Shown in pieces: positions 29,668 through 39,479 of a DNA stretch of 64,000 bases. The stretch comes from an uncultured Sphingomonadaceae bacterium (GTDB lineage Bacteria; Pseudomonadota; Alphaproteobacteria; Sphingomonadales; Sphingomonadaceae): the NCBI GenBank assembly GCA_964245925.1, contig CAXTPE010000001.1:263-64262 (forward strand), written 5' to 3'. The notes beneath the pieces are model-generated. The model saw only the letters and a program-made list of their open reading frames with translations. It ran no database searches and had not been told where the DNA came from. The translations under genes and the position numbers were made by a program. Position 1 is the stretch's first letter. Every line of letters starts with the position of its first letter.

Positions 29668-32025
29668 CTAGAAGCGCTTCGTAACGCTCAGGCCATAGGT
29701 GCGGGGAGCCCCCAGAGCCCCGACGACCTGATAACCCAAAAAGCCCGACGACACCGTGCCCGACGTCTTGTAATACTTGTTTCCAAGATTGCGGGCGAAG
29801 ATCGAGGCCGACAGGCCGAGGCGCTTGTTGTCGAAGTCGACAAAGAGATCGACCTTCGTATAGGAGCGCTGCTGCGCCCACGGCTCATTGAACTGGTTGA
29901 AATAGGTTCGCGATGTCCAGGTGGCGTCCGCGCGAGGCGTCACGTCCGCGAAGCTGGCGTGGAACGTATATCCGATCTCTCCATCCAGCTTGTATTTCGG
30001 GGCATATGGGAGCTGCTTGCCGGACAGATCGAACGCCGGAAGCCCCGGCCCGCCGGGATTGCTGCTGTCGGGGATCGTGACGCCGGGATCTCCCTGGTCC
30101 GGAAAGAGCGGGTTGGGCGTCACATAGCTCTTATACTTCGAATGAAGATACGAGACGTTCAGCGTCAACCTCAGATCATCGGTCGGCAGCGCCGTGAACT
30201 GGCCTTCCAGGCCGTAGAGCTCGGCCTTGGCGGCGTTACGGGTGATGAGGCTCAGACCTTCGGTGATGTTGACCTGAAGATTGCTGTAATCATAATAGAA
30301 AGCGGCGATGTTCGCGCGGACGCGCCGGTTCAGAAGCTCCGTCTTGATGCCACCCTCATACGACTTGAGCCTCTCGGGTGCGAACGGCGCCTGCAGAAAG
30401 CCCCCGTTGAAGCCGCCGCTCTTGAAGCCCTGTGAATATGTCAGATAGGTAAGCGTTCGCGGCGTAAGCTGATAGTGCAGCGTTATCTTGGGATCGATCG
30501 AGTGGTAGCTGACGCCCTGCGTCAGGAAGCGCGTATAGAGCGGGTTCGGCGTGTACAGCGGGTTCTCGATCGGCGGGGTGATGTCGACCGCGTCGAATTC
30601 GTTGAACTCGTCGATGTGCCGGCGTTCGTGACTGTAGCGCAGGCCGACATCGATCCCGAGCTTGTCGGTGATGTCGATCGTCTCCTGAGTGAACGCCGCG
30701 AATGCCTTCGTGGTCTGGTTGCCGCCGTAGAGCGGACCACGGATATAGAGCAGCCCGCCCATGTCGAGCGGCACGCCGAGCAATCCCAGCCTGATCGTCG
30801 GATCGATGCCGGCAAACGCGGTTTCCTTGAAATAATAGCCGCCGACCAGATAGTTGACGACGCCGATCCGGCCGCCGATTCGCAGTTCCTCGCTGAAGCT
30901 CTTCGAGTTCTCGCGGGTGGAGGCAGGAACACCGTCGAACGTCGTCTGATCGGCATCATAGAGCAAGTCCTGCTTGAAGCGGCGCTTGCCGGTGACGGAG
31001 GTCAGGGTGGCATAATCGGTGAGCTTGAGGTTGGCCGTCAGCGCGACGCCATAGGTCTTCAGATGAACTTGCGGACGGGTGCCGGCCAGATCGCGCGGAT
31101 TTGAAGCATATCGATAGCCGAGCAGCGTCGAGGTGGGAACGTGGCCGGGCGTCAGGTCCGTGATGTGCAGGCCCGACGAGTGATCCCTGGCATCATAATA
31201 GTCCGCCACCAGCGTCGCATCGAAGCTGCTCGACGGTGCGAACTTCACCTTGCCACGCAGGCCGGTCGAATTCTCGTCATCGATGTCCTGACCTGTATCG
31301 ATGTCGTGGCCGTAGCCCTGGCGGGTCGTCCGCTGCACCGCGAAGCGCGCGCCGAGCGACTCGGTCAGCGGCGCGCCGACGGCGGCCTCGGCGCGCATGA
31401 GGCCGTAATTCCCGGCGGTGAGCGTCGCGAATGCGTTGAATGCCGCGCCGGGATCGCGCGAGATGATGTTGATCGCGCCGGCGGTGGCGTTCCGGCCATA
31501 GAGCGTCCCCTGCGGCCCGGCCAGCACCTCGACGCGATCGAGATCATACAGGCCCACGAACGCCGCCTGCGATCGCGGCTGGTAGATGCCGTCGGTATAG
31601 ATCGCGACGCGTGGATCGGCCCCCGGCGTGATCGCGTCCAGCCCGACGCCGCGGATGAAGATCTTCGCGCTGCCGGTGTTCTTGCCGAACGTGACGTTCG
31701 GGATCCTGTCCGCGAAGCCCTCGATGTCGAACGTCTGGTGCTTCTGGAGATCGGCGCCGCCGAGCGCGGTGATCGCGATCGGCGTCTTCTGCACGCTGGA
31801 GGAGCGCCGCTCCGCGGTAACGACGATCTCCTGAAGGCCGCCCGACTGCTCGGCGGCATTCGCCGCGCTCGGCGGCGGCTGGTTGGCGGCCGGCGCCACG
31901 ACCGCCGGCACGGACTGGTCGGCGGCGGCAGGCTCCTGCGATCGCGCCGCCGAAGATCCCGCCAGCACGACGAACAGCGCGCTCGGGCCGATACCGAGCC
32001 GCAGATGATGCTTGAGCTTCATCAA
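29668..32025 (-). CDS. TonB-dependent receptor
   Basis: Signal peptide, EIVVTAERR, RVEVLAGPQGTLYGRNATAGAIN, GFKSGG, C-terminal Phe. Confidence 0.96.
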   Translation of the reverse strand: MMKLKHHLRLGIGPSALFVVLAGSSAARSQEPAAADQSVPAVVAPAANQPPPSAANAAEQSGGLQEIVVTAERRSSSVQKTPIAITALGGADLQKHQTFDIEGFADRIPNVTFGKNTGSAKIFIRGVGLDAITPGADPRVAIYTDGIYQPRSQAAFVGLYDLDRVEVLAGPQGTLYGRNATAGAINIISRDPGAAFNAFATLTAGNYGLMRAEAAVGAPLTESLGARFAVQRTTRQGYGHDIDTGQDIDDENSTGLRGKVKFAPSSSFDATLVADYYDARDHSSGLHITDLTPGHVPTSTLLGYRYASNPRDLAGTRPQVHLKTYGVALTANLKLTDYATLTSVTGKRRFKQDLLYDADQTTFDGVPASTRENSKSFSEELRIGGRIGVVNYLVGGYYFKETAFAGIDPTIRLGLLGVPLDMGGLLYIRGPLYGGNQTTKAFAAFTQETIDITDKLGIDVGLRYSHERRHIDEFNEFDAVDITPPIENPLYTPNPLYTRFLTQGVSYHSIDPKITLHYQLTPRTLTYLTYSQGFKSGGFNGGFLQAPFAPERLKSYEGGIKTELLNRRVRANIAAFYYDYSNLQVNITEGLSLITRNAAKAELYGLEGQFTALPTDDLRLTLNVSYLHSKYKSYVTPNPLFPDQGDPGVTIPDSSNPGGPGLPAFDLSGKQLPYAPKYKLDGEIGYTFHASFADVTPRADATWTSRTYFNQFNEPWAQQRSYTKVDLFVDFDNKRLGLSASIFARNLGNKYYKTSGTVSSGFLGYQVVGALGAPRTYGLSVTKRF

Positions 32026-32110
32026 ATCATCCCCTCATTTTTCCGCTGCCCCGCATCGTGTCGCGCGGGGATTGTCGCAGGCCGCCACTTCGCAGATCAC
32101 GCGCTCGTCG

Positions 32111-32128
32111 GTCAACACATATGTTGAT
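32111..32128. promoter_or_regulatory. Palindromic operator, copy 4
   Basis: GTCAAC-ACATAT-GTTGAT between the divergent TonB receptor and epoxide hydrolase genes. Confidence 0.82.
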
Positions 32129-32186
32129 TGGCGATGGCGTTGAATAGGTGTTGCGGCGGGACGCCCGGCATTGCAGGCTGCGGGAT

Positions 32187-33395
32187 ATGAACATCCCGCC
32201 GCGGGCGTTTCGGATCGACGTCGACGATGCCGTGCTGTCGGATCTGCGGCGGCGCCTGCGCGGGACGCGCTGGATCGAAGGATGCGACACTGTCGACGGC
32301 CGGTTCGGCGTCGGCGGTCCGCTGCTCCGCTCGCTCGCCTCGCGCTGGGCGGACGCGTTCGACTGGCGCGCCGCCGAACGCGCGATCAACAGCTTCGAGC
32401 AGTTCCGCGTAACGATCGACGGGCAGGTCGTCCACTTCCTGCGCATCGCCGGCAGGGAGCGCGCCGCGACGCCTCTCGTCCTGAGCCATGGCTGGCCCTG
32501 GACATTCTGGGACATGCGCCGGGTCTTCGCGCCGCTGACCGATCCGCTGTCGCACGGCGGGGATGCCGCCGACGCGTTCGAGCTGATCGTGCCGTCCTTG
32601 CCGGGCTTCGCCTTCTCGACCCCTGCGGCGCCGGCGGGCGGCAACTTCTGGCGGACCGCCGATCTGTGGCACAAGCTGATGACCGAGGTGCTGGGCTTCG
32701 AGCGCTACGGGGCGGCGGGCGCCGACTGGGGCGCCTTCGTCACGGCGCAGCTCGGGCACAAATATGGCGGCTTCCTGGAGGCCGTTCACTTCACCCAGGT
32801 GCCCGCGCTGGACATGTTCAGCGGCGATCGTCCCTGGCGCATCGACAGCGGCCGGTCGTCAACGTCGGCGGCGATGCTCGGCTTCGAGCGGCGTTACGCC
32901 AGCCATCTCGCGGTGCACATGATCGAGCCCGATACCCTCGCCGCCGCGCTGCACGACTCGCCCGCCGGGCTGCTCGCCTGGCTGTTGCAGCGCTGGTGCG
33001 GGTGGAGCGGCTCGCCCGATCCTGTCACCCCGGCGCTGACCGAAGACCAGATGCTGACGAATGCGACGCTCTTCTGGGCGACGGGGAGCATGCCCTCATC
33101 GCTGCGGTTCTACGCCAACGCCGCGCTCGATCCCTGGCGGCCGGCGAACGACCGGAGACCGATCATCCAGGCGCCGACCGGGATCACCTTCCTGGCGGGA
33201 GATCTGCCGGCGGACACGGATCTGACGAAGCTGGTCGCGGGATTTCGCGAGGGCCAGCGCGGCTCGCACTATGATGTCGTTCACGTCGCCGCGCACCCGC
33301 ATGGCGGCCACTTCGCGCATTTCCAGAACCCCGACGCGGTCGTCGCCGACATCCGCGCGACGTTCAGGGCAGCCCGTCGGCGCGGGGGAGGATAG
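32187..33395 (+). CDS. Epoxide hydrolase (microsomal-type alpha/beta hydrolase)
   Basis: FDWRAAE, HGWP, VPSLPGFAFS, GADWG (Asp nucleophile), DSPAGL, GGHF. Confidence 0.92.
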   Translation: MNIPPRAFRIDVDDAVLSDLRRRLRGTRWIEGCDTVDGRFGVGGPLLRSLASRWADAFDWRAAERAINSFEQFRVTIDGQVVHFLRIAGRERAATPLVLSHGWPWTFWDMRRVFAPLTDPLSHGGDAADAFELIVPSLPGFAFSTPAAPAGGNFWRTADLWHKLMTEVLGFERYGAAGADWGAFVTAQLGHKYGGFLEAVHFTQVPALDMFSGDRPWRIDSGRSSTSAAMLGFERRYASHLAVHMIEPDTLAAALHDSPAGLLAWLLQRWCGWSGSPDPVTPALTEDQMLTNATLFWATGSMPSSLRFYANAALDPWRPANDRRPIIQAPTGITFLAGDLPADTDLTKLVAGFREGQRGSHYDVVHVAAHPHGGHFAHFQNPDAVVADIRATFRAARRRGGG

Positions 33396-33627
33396 CGGGC
33401 GGATCCTGCCCGGGTTCGAGGAGGCGGATGGCCTGCATCGGGCAGCAATCGGCGGCTTCCTGGAGCTGCGGCGTGTCATAGCCCTGGCCGGTGCCCTTGA
33501 AGATCGCCAGCCGCTCCTTGTTGTAGCGGAACGCATGCGGCGCGATGCGGATACATTCGCCGACGCCGACGCAGAGCGTGTGATCCACCTCGGCGCGCCG
33601 TGGCGGGGTATCGGCGCCCTCAGGCAT
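33364..33627 (-). CDS. Ferredoxin, probably [3Fe-4S]
   Basis: CVGVGEC..AP..F and CCPMQAI. Overlaps the P450 stop codon. Confidence 0.85.
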   Translation of the reverse strand: MPEGADTPPRRAEVDHTLCVGVGECIRIAPHAFRYNKERLAIFKGTGQGYDTPQLQEAADCCPMQAIRLLEPGQDPPAILPRADGLP

Positions 33628-34846
33628 CGTGGAACCTCACGTTCACGCCCTTCAGGCTGCGCGATACCATCGTCGGGCTGTACTCGAGCTTCTCCTGCAC
33701 CACCTCGATCCGCTCGAACGCGGTGGTGAGATAGGCCAGCGCCTCCTGCATCTCGAGCCGGGCGAGCGGCGCGCCGAGACAGGTGTGGATGCCCTGTCCG
33801 AAGGCGGCGTGCTTGTTGGGCCACCGGCCGATGTCGAGCATGTCGGGATTCTCGAAGGCCGCGGGATCGCGATTGGCCGCGTGCTGGAAGAGGAACACGC
33901 GATCCATCCTGCTGATCTGCTGGGCGCCCAGCAGCATATCTTCCTTCGCCCAGCGGCCCAGGCCCCGGATCGGCCCGTCGAAGCGCAGGCATTCCTCGGT
34001 CGCCGGGCGCAGGAGCGAGTGGTCCGCCCGCAGCCGTTGCCACTGATCGGGAAACCGATCGAACGCGACGATACCGTTGGAGAGCAGGTTCATCGTCGTT
34101 TCATGGCCGGCGAACACCATCAGGATGATGTTCGCGATCACTTCCTCCTCGGTCAGCCGCTCGCCATTGTCCTCGGTGTACAGGAGCGCGCTGATGAGAT
34201 CGTCGCGGGGATTGGCACGCCGGTCGGCGATCACCGGGGCCAGGAACTCGCGCGCGCGGAGCAGTGCGTTCTCGGCCCGCTTCATGCGCTCCTTGTCGTT
34301 GCCGCGAACGAAGATGACGGCGGCGAGATCGTCGGACCAGTCGCGCACCTCGTAGCGCTGGTCGCTGGGCACGCCGAGATATTCGGCGATGACGACCACG
34401 GGCAGATGGAAGGCGAACTCGGACAGGAAATCGACCTCGTCCCTGCCCCGCAGCTTCTGCGCGAGATCGCGAACCAGCTCGCGCGCCAGCCCGCGCACGA
34501 CCTCGACGCTGCGCGGCGTGAACGCCTTGAAGACGAGGCTGCGCATGCGCGTGTGATAGGGCGGATCCTTCCACACGAAGAGCTTCTGCAGGAAATCGAG
34601 CAGCCGCGTGTCGCCCGCCTGGCGGACCTCGGCGCCGAACGGGCCGGAAAAGCGATCCGACGAAAGCCGCTCGGCATCGCGATAGCCCGTGGTGACCTCG
34701 TCGTAGCCGGTCACGATCCAGCCGTTCCAGCGCTTGTTCCAGCGCACCGGGTTCGTCTCGCGCAGCTTGCGGTAGAAGGTGAACGGGCTGTTGACGGCTT
34801 CGTCGCTCAGCAGATCGTCCAGGGGGTCGGCGTCGGCGTCGATCAT
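33620..34846 (-). CDS. Cytochrome P450
   Basis: DPPYHTRMR, I-helix AGHETT, EECLR, ANRDP, heme motif FGQGIHTCLG. Confidence 0.97.
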   Translation of the reverse strand: MIDADADPLDDLLSDEAVNSPFTFYRKLRETNPVRWNKRWNGWIVTGYDEVTTGYRDAERLSSDRFSGPFGAEVRQAGDTRLLDFLQKLFVWKDPPYHTRMRSLVFKAFTPRSVEVVRGLARELVRDLAQKLRGRDEVDFLSEFAFHLPVVVIAEYLGVPSDQRYEVRDWSDDLAAVIFVRGNDKERMKRAENALLRAREFLAPVIADRRANPRDDLISALLYTEDNGERLTEEEVIANIILMVFAGHETTMNLLSNGIVAFDRFPDQWQRLRADHSLLRPATEECLRFDGPIRGLGRWAKEDMLLGAQQISRMDRVFLFQHAANRDPAAFENPDMLDIGRWPNKHAAFGQGIHTCLGAPLARLEMQEALAYLTTAFERIEVVQEKLEYSPTMVSRSLKGVNVRFHDA

Positions 34847-34887
34847 CGATGGTCCTTCAAGTACACACATGCGACATGTGCGATAGT

Positions 34888-34905
34888 GTCAACATGCGTG
34901 TTGAT
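34888..34905. promoter_or_regulatory. Palindromic operator, copy 5
   Basis: GTCAAC-ATGCGT-GTTGAT about 40 bp upstream of the P450 start. Confidence 0.82.
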
Positions 34906-34954
34906 CGGGTAGAACCTGGCTTCCGCCGGTGTCAAGACCGGTATTCCCGCGCCG

Positions 34955-35710
34955 TTACCGCGGCGGCAGCCGCACCGCCCCGTCGAGCCTGATGCATTCG
35001 CCGTTGAGCATCGGATTCAGCACGATCTCGCGGACGAGCCGGGCGAACTCCTCCGGAACGCCCATGCGCGGCGGGTTCTGCACATGCGCCGCCGCCGCCG
35101 CCGCCGCCGCGATGCCGGACAGGATCGGCGTCTCGAACAGGCCGGGCGCGACGGTCATCACCCTCATCCGCGATCGCGCGAACTCGCGGGCGAGCGGCAG
35201 CGCCATGCCCACGATCGCCGCCTTGGAAGCCGCATAGGCGGCGTGACCGATCTGGCCGTCGAACGCGGCGATGGACGCCGTGTTGACGATCACCGCGCGC
35301 TCCTCGTCGTCGCAGGTGATCGCGAGCGCACGCGCCGCGAAGCGCGACAGCATGATGAACGAGCCGATCAGGTTGATGTCGATCACCTTGCGATAGGCGT
35401 CGATGGCGAGCGGCGCGCCGTCGCGCCCGACCGCCTTCATCGCGGGCGCGATCCCCGCGCAGTTCACCAATATCCGGGCGGGTCCATGCGCCGCCTCGGC
35501 CAGCGCCAGCGCCGCTTCCACCTCGCTCTCGCTGGTCACGTCGGTGCGCGCGAAGACGCCCCCGATGGCGGCGGCGACCGCCTCTCCTTCGGCCTCGTCC
35601 CTGTCGAGCACCGCCACCCCGGCGCCGGCTTCGGCGAGCATCCTCGCGGTGCCGGCACCCAGGCCGGACGCGCCGCCGGTAACGATCGCGGCTATCCCGT
35701 CGATGCGCAC
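34955..35710 (-). CDS. SDR, type II 3-hydroxyacyl-CoA dehydrogenase (HSD10-like)
   Basis: TGGASGLG, VNCAGI, NTASIAAFDGQIG..AYAASK, NPMLNGECIRLDGA. Confidence 0.92.
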   Translation of the reverse strand: MRIDGIAAIVTGGASGLGAGTARMLAEAGAGVAVLDRDEAEGEAVAAAIGGVFARTDVTSESEVEAALALAEAAHGPARILVNCAGIAPAMKAVGRDGAPLAIDAYRKVIDINLIGSFIMLSRFAARALAITCDDEERAVIVNTASIAAFDGQIGHAAYAASKAAIVGMALPLAREFARSRMRVMTVAPGLFETPILSGIAAAAAAAAHVQNPPRMGVPEEFARLVREIVLNPMLNGECIRLDGAVRLPPR

Positions 35711-35724
35711 CGCTCCGGCTCTCG

Positions 35725-37266
35725 CTATGCGCCGCCGATGCGATCGGCCGCCACTTCCCAGAAACGCTCGCGCAACTGCTTGCGCGGGATCTTGCCGACC
35801 GGCGTGCGCGGCAAGGGCTCGGTCTGCACGATGACCCGGGAGGGCTTTTTGTAACCGCCCAGCTTGGCGGCGCACAGCTCGACGATGTCCTGCTCGTCGA
35901 TCGTCTGGCCCTCGTGGACGACGACGATCGCGACCGGGGTCTCCCCCCAGCGCTCGTGCGGCGCGGCCACCACCGCGACCTCGCGGACGCCCGGATGCGA
36001 GGCGATCGCGATCTCCAGCTCCGCCGGCCAGATGTTGAAGCCGCCGGATATTATCATGTCGTCCTTGCGATCGACGAGATAGAGGTAGTTGTTGTCGTCG
36101 ACATAGCCGACATCGCCGCTGAGCACCCAGCCGTCGACCAGCCGGCGCGCCGTCATCTCGGGTTCGCCCCAGATGCCCTCCATCTGCCCGTCGACCTGGA
36201 TCGCGATCTCGCCCTGCCGCCCGCGCGGCAGGCTGTTGTTCTCGTCGTCGCGGATCTCGACCCGCGCGAACGGCATGATCCGGCCGACCGAGCGCATCGG
36301 ATTGGAACCTGGAACATCGCCGAACCACTCCCGCGCCGTCATCCAGGTCGCCGGGACGGCCTCGGTCTGGCCGAAGAACTGATGCATGCGATCGCCGAAG
36401 ATGTCGTGGGCGCCGCGCGCGGTCTGCTCGCGCATCGGCGCGCCGGCGATGGCGATCGCCTTCAGTTTCGACAGCTCCGGTTTCGGGTGGGTCTGGCAAT
36501 GGGCGACGATGTCGCTGATGATCGTCGGCACCGCGAAGGCGTAGCCGCCATGTTCCGAGAGCAGGTTCAGGAACCGCTGCGCCTCGAACTTCGGCTCGAG
36601 GATATTGTAGCCGCCGGCCAGCCAGACCGGCACGAACAGATAGCCCGAGCCGTGCGAGATCGGCGCGACATGGGTGCAGGCGTCGCCCATCTCGATCGGC
36701 GCGAGACGGTAGGTCCAGTCGCGCTCGGTCGACATCCAGCTTCGGTGCGTGAAGGCCATGCCCTTGGGCGTGCCGGTCGTGCCTCCGGAATGACGGATGA
36801 TGTAATAATCGTCGAGGTCGATCGCGGGATCGGGATCCTCGCTGCTGAACGACGCGAGCCAGTCCTCATAGTCGGCGCCGCGCACGATCAGATGCTCGAG
36901 GTCCGGCGCTAAGTGCCGGATGTTCCGCACCTCCTCCTCGTGCTTGTCGCCGACCACGAGCGCGCGGCACCCCGTCTGCCGCACCATCTGGGCGTGCGAT
37001 TCGCTCGAGTTGCGCTTGTAGAGCGGCACGCGCACCAGGTTGGCGGCCGCCGTGCCGAGGAAGAAATCGGACGATTCGATGCAATTGTCCTCGAGCACCG
37101 CGATCCGGTCGCCGGGCTTCAGGCCAAGATCGAGCATGGCGTTGGCGAAGCGCAATCCTCGCGTCCAGGCCTCGCCGAAGCCGAGGCTGTGCCCGCCGCT
37201 CACGACCGCGAGGCGACTTCTGTTGGCATGCGCTGCCGATCGCATCGCGTCACGGACGTTTATCAA
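35725..37266 (-). CDS. Acyl-CoA synthetase (AMP-binding)
   Basis: HSGGTTGTPKG, FGQTE, SGDVG, DRKDDMIISGGFN, VGKI. TTG start follows aaagggag. Confidence 0.93.
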   Translation of the reverse strand: MINVRDAMRSAAHANRSRLAVVSGGHSLGFGEAWTRGLRFANAMLDLGLKPGDRIAVLEDNCIESSDFFLGTAAANLVRVPLYKRNSSESHAQMVRQTGCRALVVGDKHEEEVRNIRHLAPDLEHLIVRGADYEDWLASFSSEDPDPAIDLDDYYIIRHSGGTTGTPKGMAFTHRSWMSTERDWTYRLAPIEMGDACTHVAPISHGSGYLFVPVWLAGGYNILEPKFEAQRFLNLLSEHGGYAFAVPTIISDIVAHCQTHPKPELSKLKAIAIAGAPMREQTARGAHDIFGDRMHQFFGQTEAVPATWMTAREWFGDVPGSNPMRSVGRIMPFARVEIRDDENNSLPRGRQGEIAIQVDGQMEGIWGEPEMTARRLVDGWVLSGDVGYVDDNNYLYLVDRKDDMIISGGFNIWPAELEIAIASHPGVREVAVVAAPHERWGETPVAIVVVHEGQTIDEQDIVELCAAKLGGYKKPSRVIVQTEPLPRTPVGKIPRKQLRERFWEVAADRIGGA

Positions 37267-37324
37267 TGCTCGCTCCCTTTCGCGTCCGGATGTCGGAACC
37301 CGCCGGCACCGACGCATCGCCCCG

Positions 37325-38104
37325 TCACCCCATGATGTTGGGGCTGCCCGTCCCTGCGGTCAGGCCATTGTCCACGACGACCGCTGCACCGACCATGGCG
37401 CTCGCATCGTCGCTGGCCAGGAACGCGATCACCGCGGCGATCTCCTCGGGCCGGGCGACACGGCGCGCCGGGATCGCGCCCTTGATCCGCGTCCAGAGCT
37501 CGTCATTGTCCTGGAGCATCTGGGTGACCGGCGTGTCGACCATGCCGGGGCAGACCGCGTTCACGCGGATGCCCTCGCCGATGTGGTCGAGCGCGATCGT
37601 GCGCGTCCAGTTCATCACCCCGCCCTTGGCGGCGCTGTAGGCGGAGAGGCTGTAGTCGCCGAAGAGTCCCGAGATCGACGCGACGTTGACGATCGCTCCA
37701 CCGCCCGCGGCGCGCAGCAGCGGGATGCCGAGCTTGCAGCAGTGGAACGGCCCGTCGAGCACGACGCCCAGCGTCCGGCGCCAGTCCTCGAGCGGCAGGT
37801 CCGGCGTCTGCCCCACCGCTCCCAGGCCGGCGTTGTTCACCAATATGTCGAGCCTGGGCTCGGCCTCGGCGATGCGCGCGAACGCCGCGGAGATGGACCG
37901 CCAGTCGGAGACGTCGGCCTGCTCGACCAGCGTCCTGCCCGTTCCCGCCCGCGCGGCGATCCGTTCGGCGGTCGCCTCCGCGCCCGTCCGGTTGATGTCG
38001 AGCAGGATCAGCCTCGCGCCCTCGCTCGCCAGCCGCAGCGCCGTCGCCGCGCCGATCCCCGATCCGGCGCCGGTGACGAGAGCGAGCTTGCCGTCGAACC
38101 TCAT
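37325..38104 (-). CDS. SDR family oxidoreductase
   Basis: TGAGSGIG, NNAG, YSAAKGG, IRVNAVCPG. Confidence 0.95.
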   Translation of the reverse strand: MRFDGKLALVTGAGSGIGAATALRLASEGARLILLDINRTGAEATAERIAARAGTGRTLVEQADVSDWRSISAAFARIAEAEPRLDILVNNAGLGAVGQTPDLPLEDWRRTLGVVLDGPFHCCKLGIPLLRAAGGGAIVNVASISGLFGDYSLSAYSAAKGGVMNWTRTIALDHIGEGIRVNAVCPGMVDTPVTQMLQDNDELWTRIKGAIPARRVARPEEIAAVIAFLASDDASAMVGAAVVVDNGLTAGTGSPNIMG

Positions 38105-38128
38105 CTGCGCTCCTCCCGGAAAGCCACG

Positions 38129-38524
38129 TCAGGCCGTGGCCGCGTGCTCGACGCCCGCGAACACCTCGGGGGCGACCTGGGAGCTGTCGAGATACTCGTG
38201 GATCTGGCGGACCTTGCCGTCCCGGATGGTCAGGAAGATGGCCACCCGGATCACGTTCGTCGCGCCGGTTTCGCGCACGCGCGTATGGATGTCGTGGCGC
38301 TGGATGAGCGTATCGCCGACGACGTAGCGCTGCGTGACCTCATATCTGCTCTCGACCGCGGCGGCGAACCGCGCCAGCATCCGGAGCCCTTCGGCCTTGG
38401 TCTGGGTGACGCCATCGAAATTATGCCAGACACCGGCGTCGTCGGCATAGAGCCGGTCGAGCGTGTCGCGGTCGCCCGTCGGGATGGCCGCAAAGAACTC
38501 GTCCGCAATCGCCTCGATCGACAT
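38129..38524 (-). CDS. SnoaL/NTF2-like (ketosteroid isomerase-like) protein
   Basis: FFAAI..GD..LYADDA.VWHN, IRDGKV..IHEYLD. Confidence 0.85.
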   Translation of the reverse strand: MSIEAIADEFFAAIPTGDRDTLDRLYADDAGVWHNFDGVTQTKAEGLRMLARFAAAVESRYEVTQRYVVGDTLIQRHDIHTRVRETGATNVIRVAIFLTIRDGKVRQIHEYLDSSQVAPEVFAGVEHAATA

Positions 38525-38607
38525 ACGCCCTCCATCCTCTTCGCGCCTGCTGTGCGGCGCGCATCGTTCCACCGGCCCGCCCGCATGGGGATGCGCCCGC
38601 GTTCCGC

Positions 38608-39219
38608 TCAGCCGCGGGGGAAATCCCCCATCCCGCGCGGACCGATATTCGGTCGCTTCTTCAGCTCGGCCTCCGGCGTGCCGGCTCGCAGCCGCCGCAG
38701 CAGATCGACCGGATCGGCATCGACGCCGATCGGGTTCTCGGCGAACTCCGGAAGCCGGCAGTAGGCGATGCTCTCCTCGGCGGTATCGAAATTGTCGACC
38801 TGCATCTCGATGCGGTTGCCGTCCGGATCGCGGAAATACATCGACGTGGTCGGACCGTGGTTCACCACCCAATAGGGGCCGATCCCGATCTCCGACAGGC
38901 GCTCGTGCGTTTCGAAGAGGTTCCTGAGCGAGGCATAGGTGAAGGCGACGTGATGGAAGCCGGCGGCGCCGTCGACCTGATCCTTCAGATCCGGGATATT
39001 CACGAGCGCGATGCGATGATGTTCGTCGTCATAGGTGAGGAAGGCGACATTGTCGTCCTCGTGCGATGCGACGAGATTGAACACCGTCTTGTAGAACGGG
39101 ACCATGTCCTTGAAGCGGCTGGTATAGACGACGAAGTGCGCCATCTGCGTCGGCGAGAACGACCTGTCGCCGGCGTCGCCGCCCGCCGGATTTACTTCCA
39201 TGACCAGATCGCCCATCAT
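38608..39219 (-). CDS. VOC family protein (single-domain, extradiol-dioxygenase-like)
   Basis: AHFVV, YDDEHHRIA, HHVAFTY, NHGPTTSMYFRDPDGNRIEMQ. Confidence 0.88.
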   Translation of the reverse strand: MMGDLVMEVNPAGGDAGDRSFSPTQMAHFVVYTSRFKDMVPFYKTVFNLVASHEDDNVAFLTYDDEHHRIALVNIPDLKDQVDGAAGFHHVAFTYASLRNLFETHERLSEIGIGPYWVVNHGPTTSMYFRDPDGNRIEMQVDNFDTAEESIAYCRLPEFAENPIGVDADPVDLLRRLRAGTPEAELKKRPNIGPRGMGDFPRG

Positions 39220-39345
39220 CCCTCCTCTCGCGTCGCGCCGAAGCCGGCGCGCGCATCGTCTCCTGGTGGTGGGTCGAGCGCGTCCCGCAGCCCGGCCACC
39301 GCCTTCGTCCCGATCGATCGGCATCTAACGCCGCGCCGCCCGTTC

Positions 39346-39363
39346 GTCAACGCGTGTGTTGAT
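39346..39363. promoter_or_regulatory. Palindromic operator, copy 6
   Basis: GTCAAC-GCGTGT-GTTGAT between the divergent VOC and monooxygenase genes. Confidence 0.82.
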
Positions 39364-39479
39364 CGATCGGAGATAGCATGGCAAGGTGAATGCGTCAGCT
39401 TCGGTTCGCCGGCTGATCGCAGGAACTGGAATGCAGGCGACAGCGCTGACGTGTCGTCGAAGCCTGGAGAGGATCCCGG

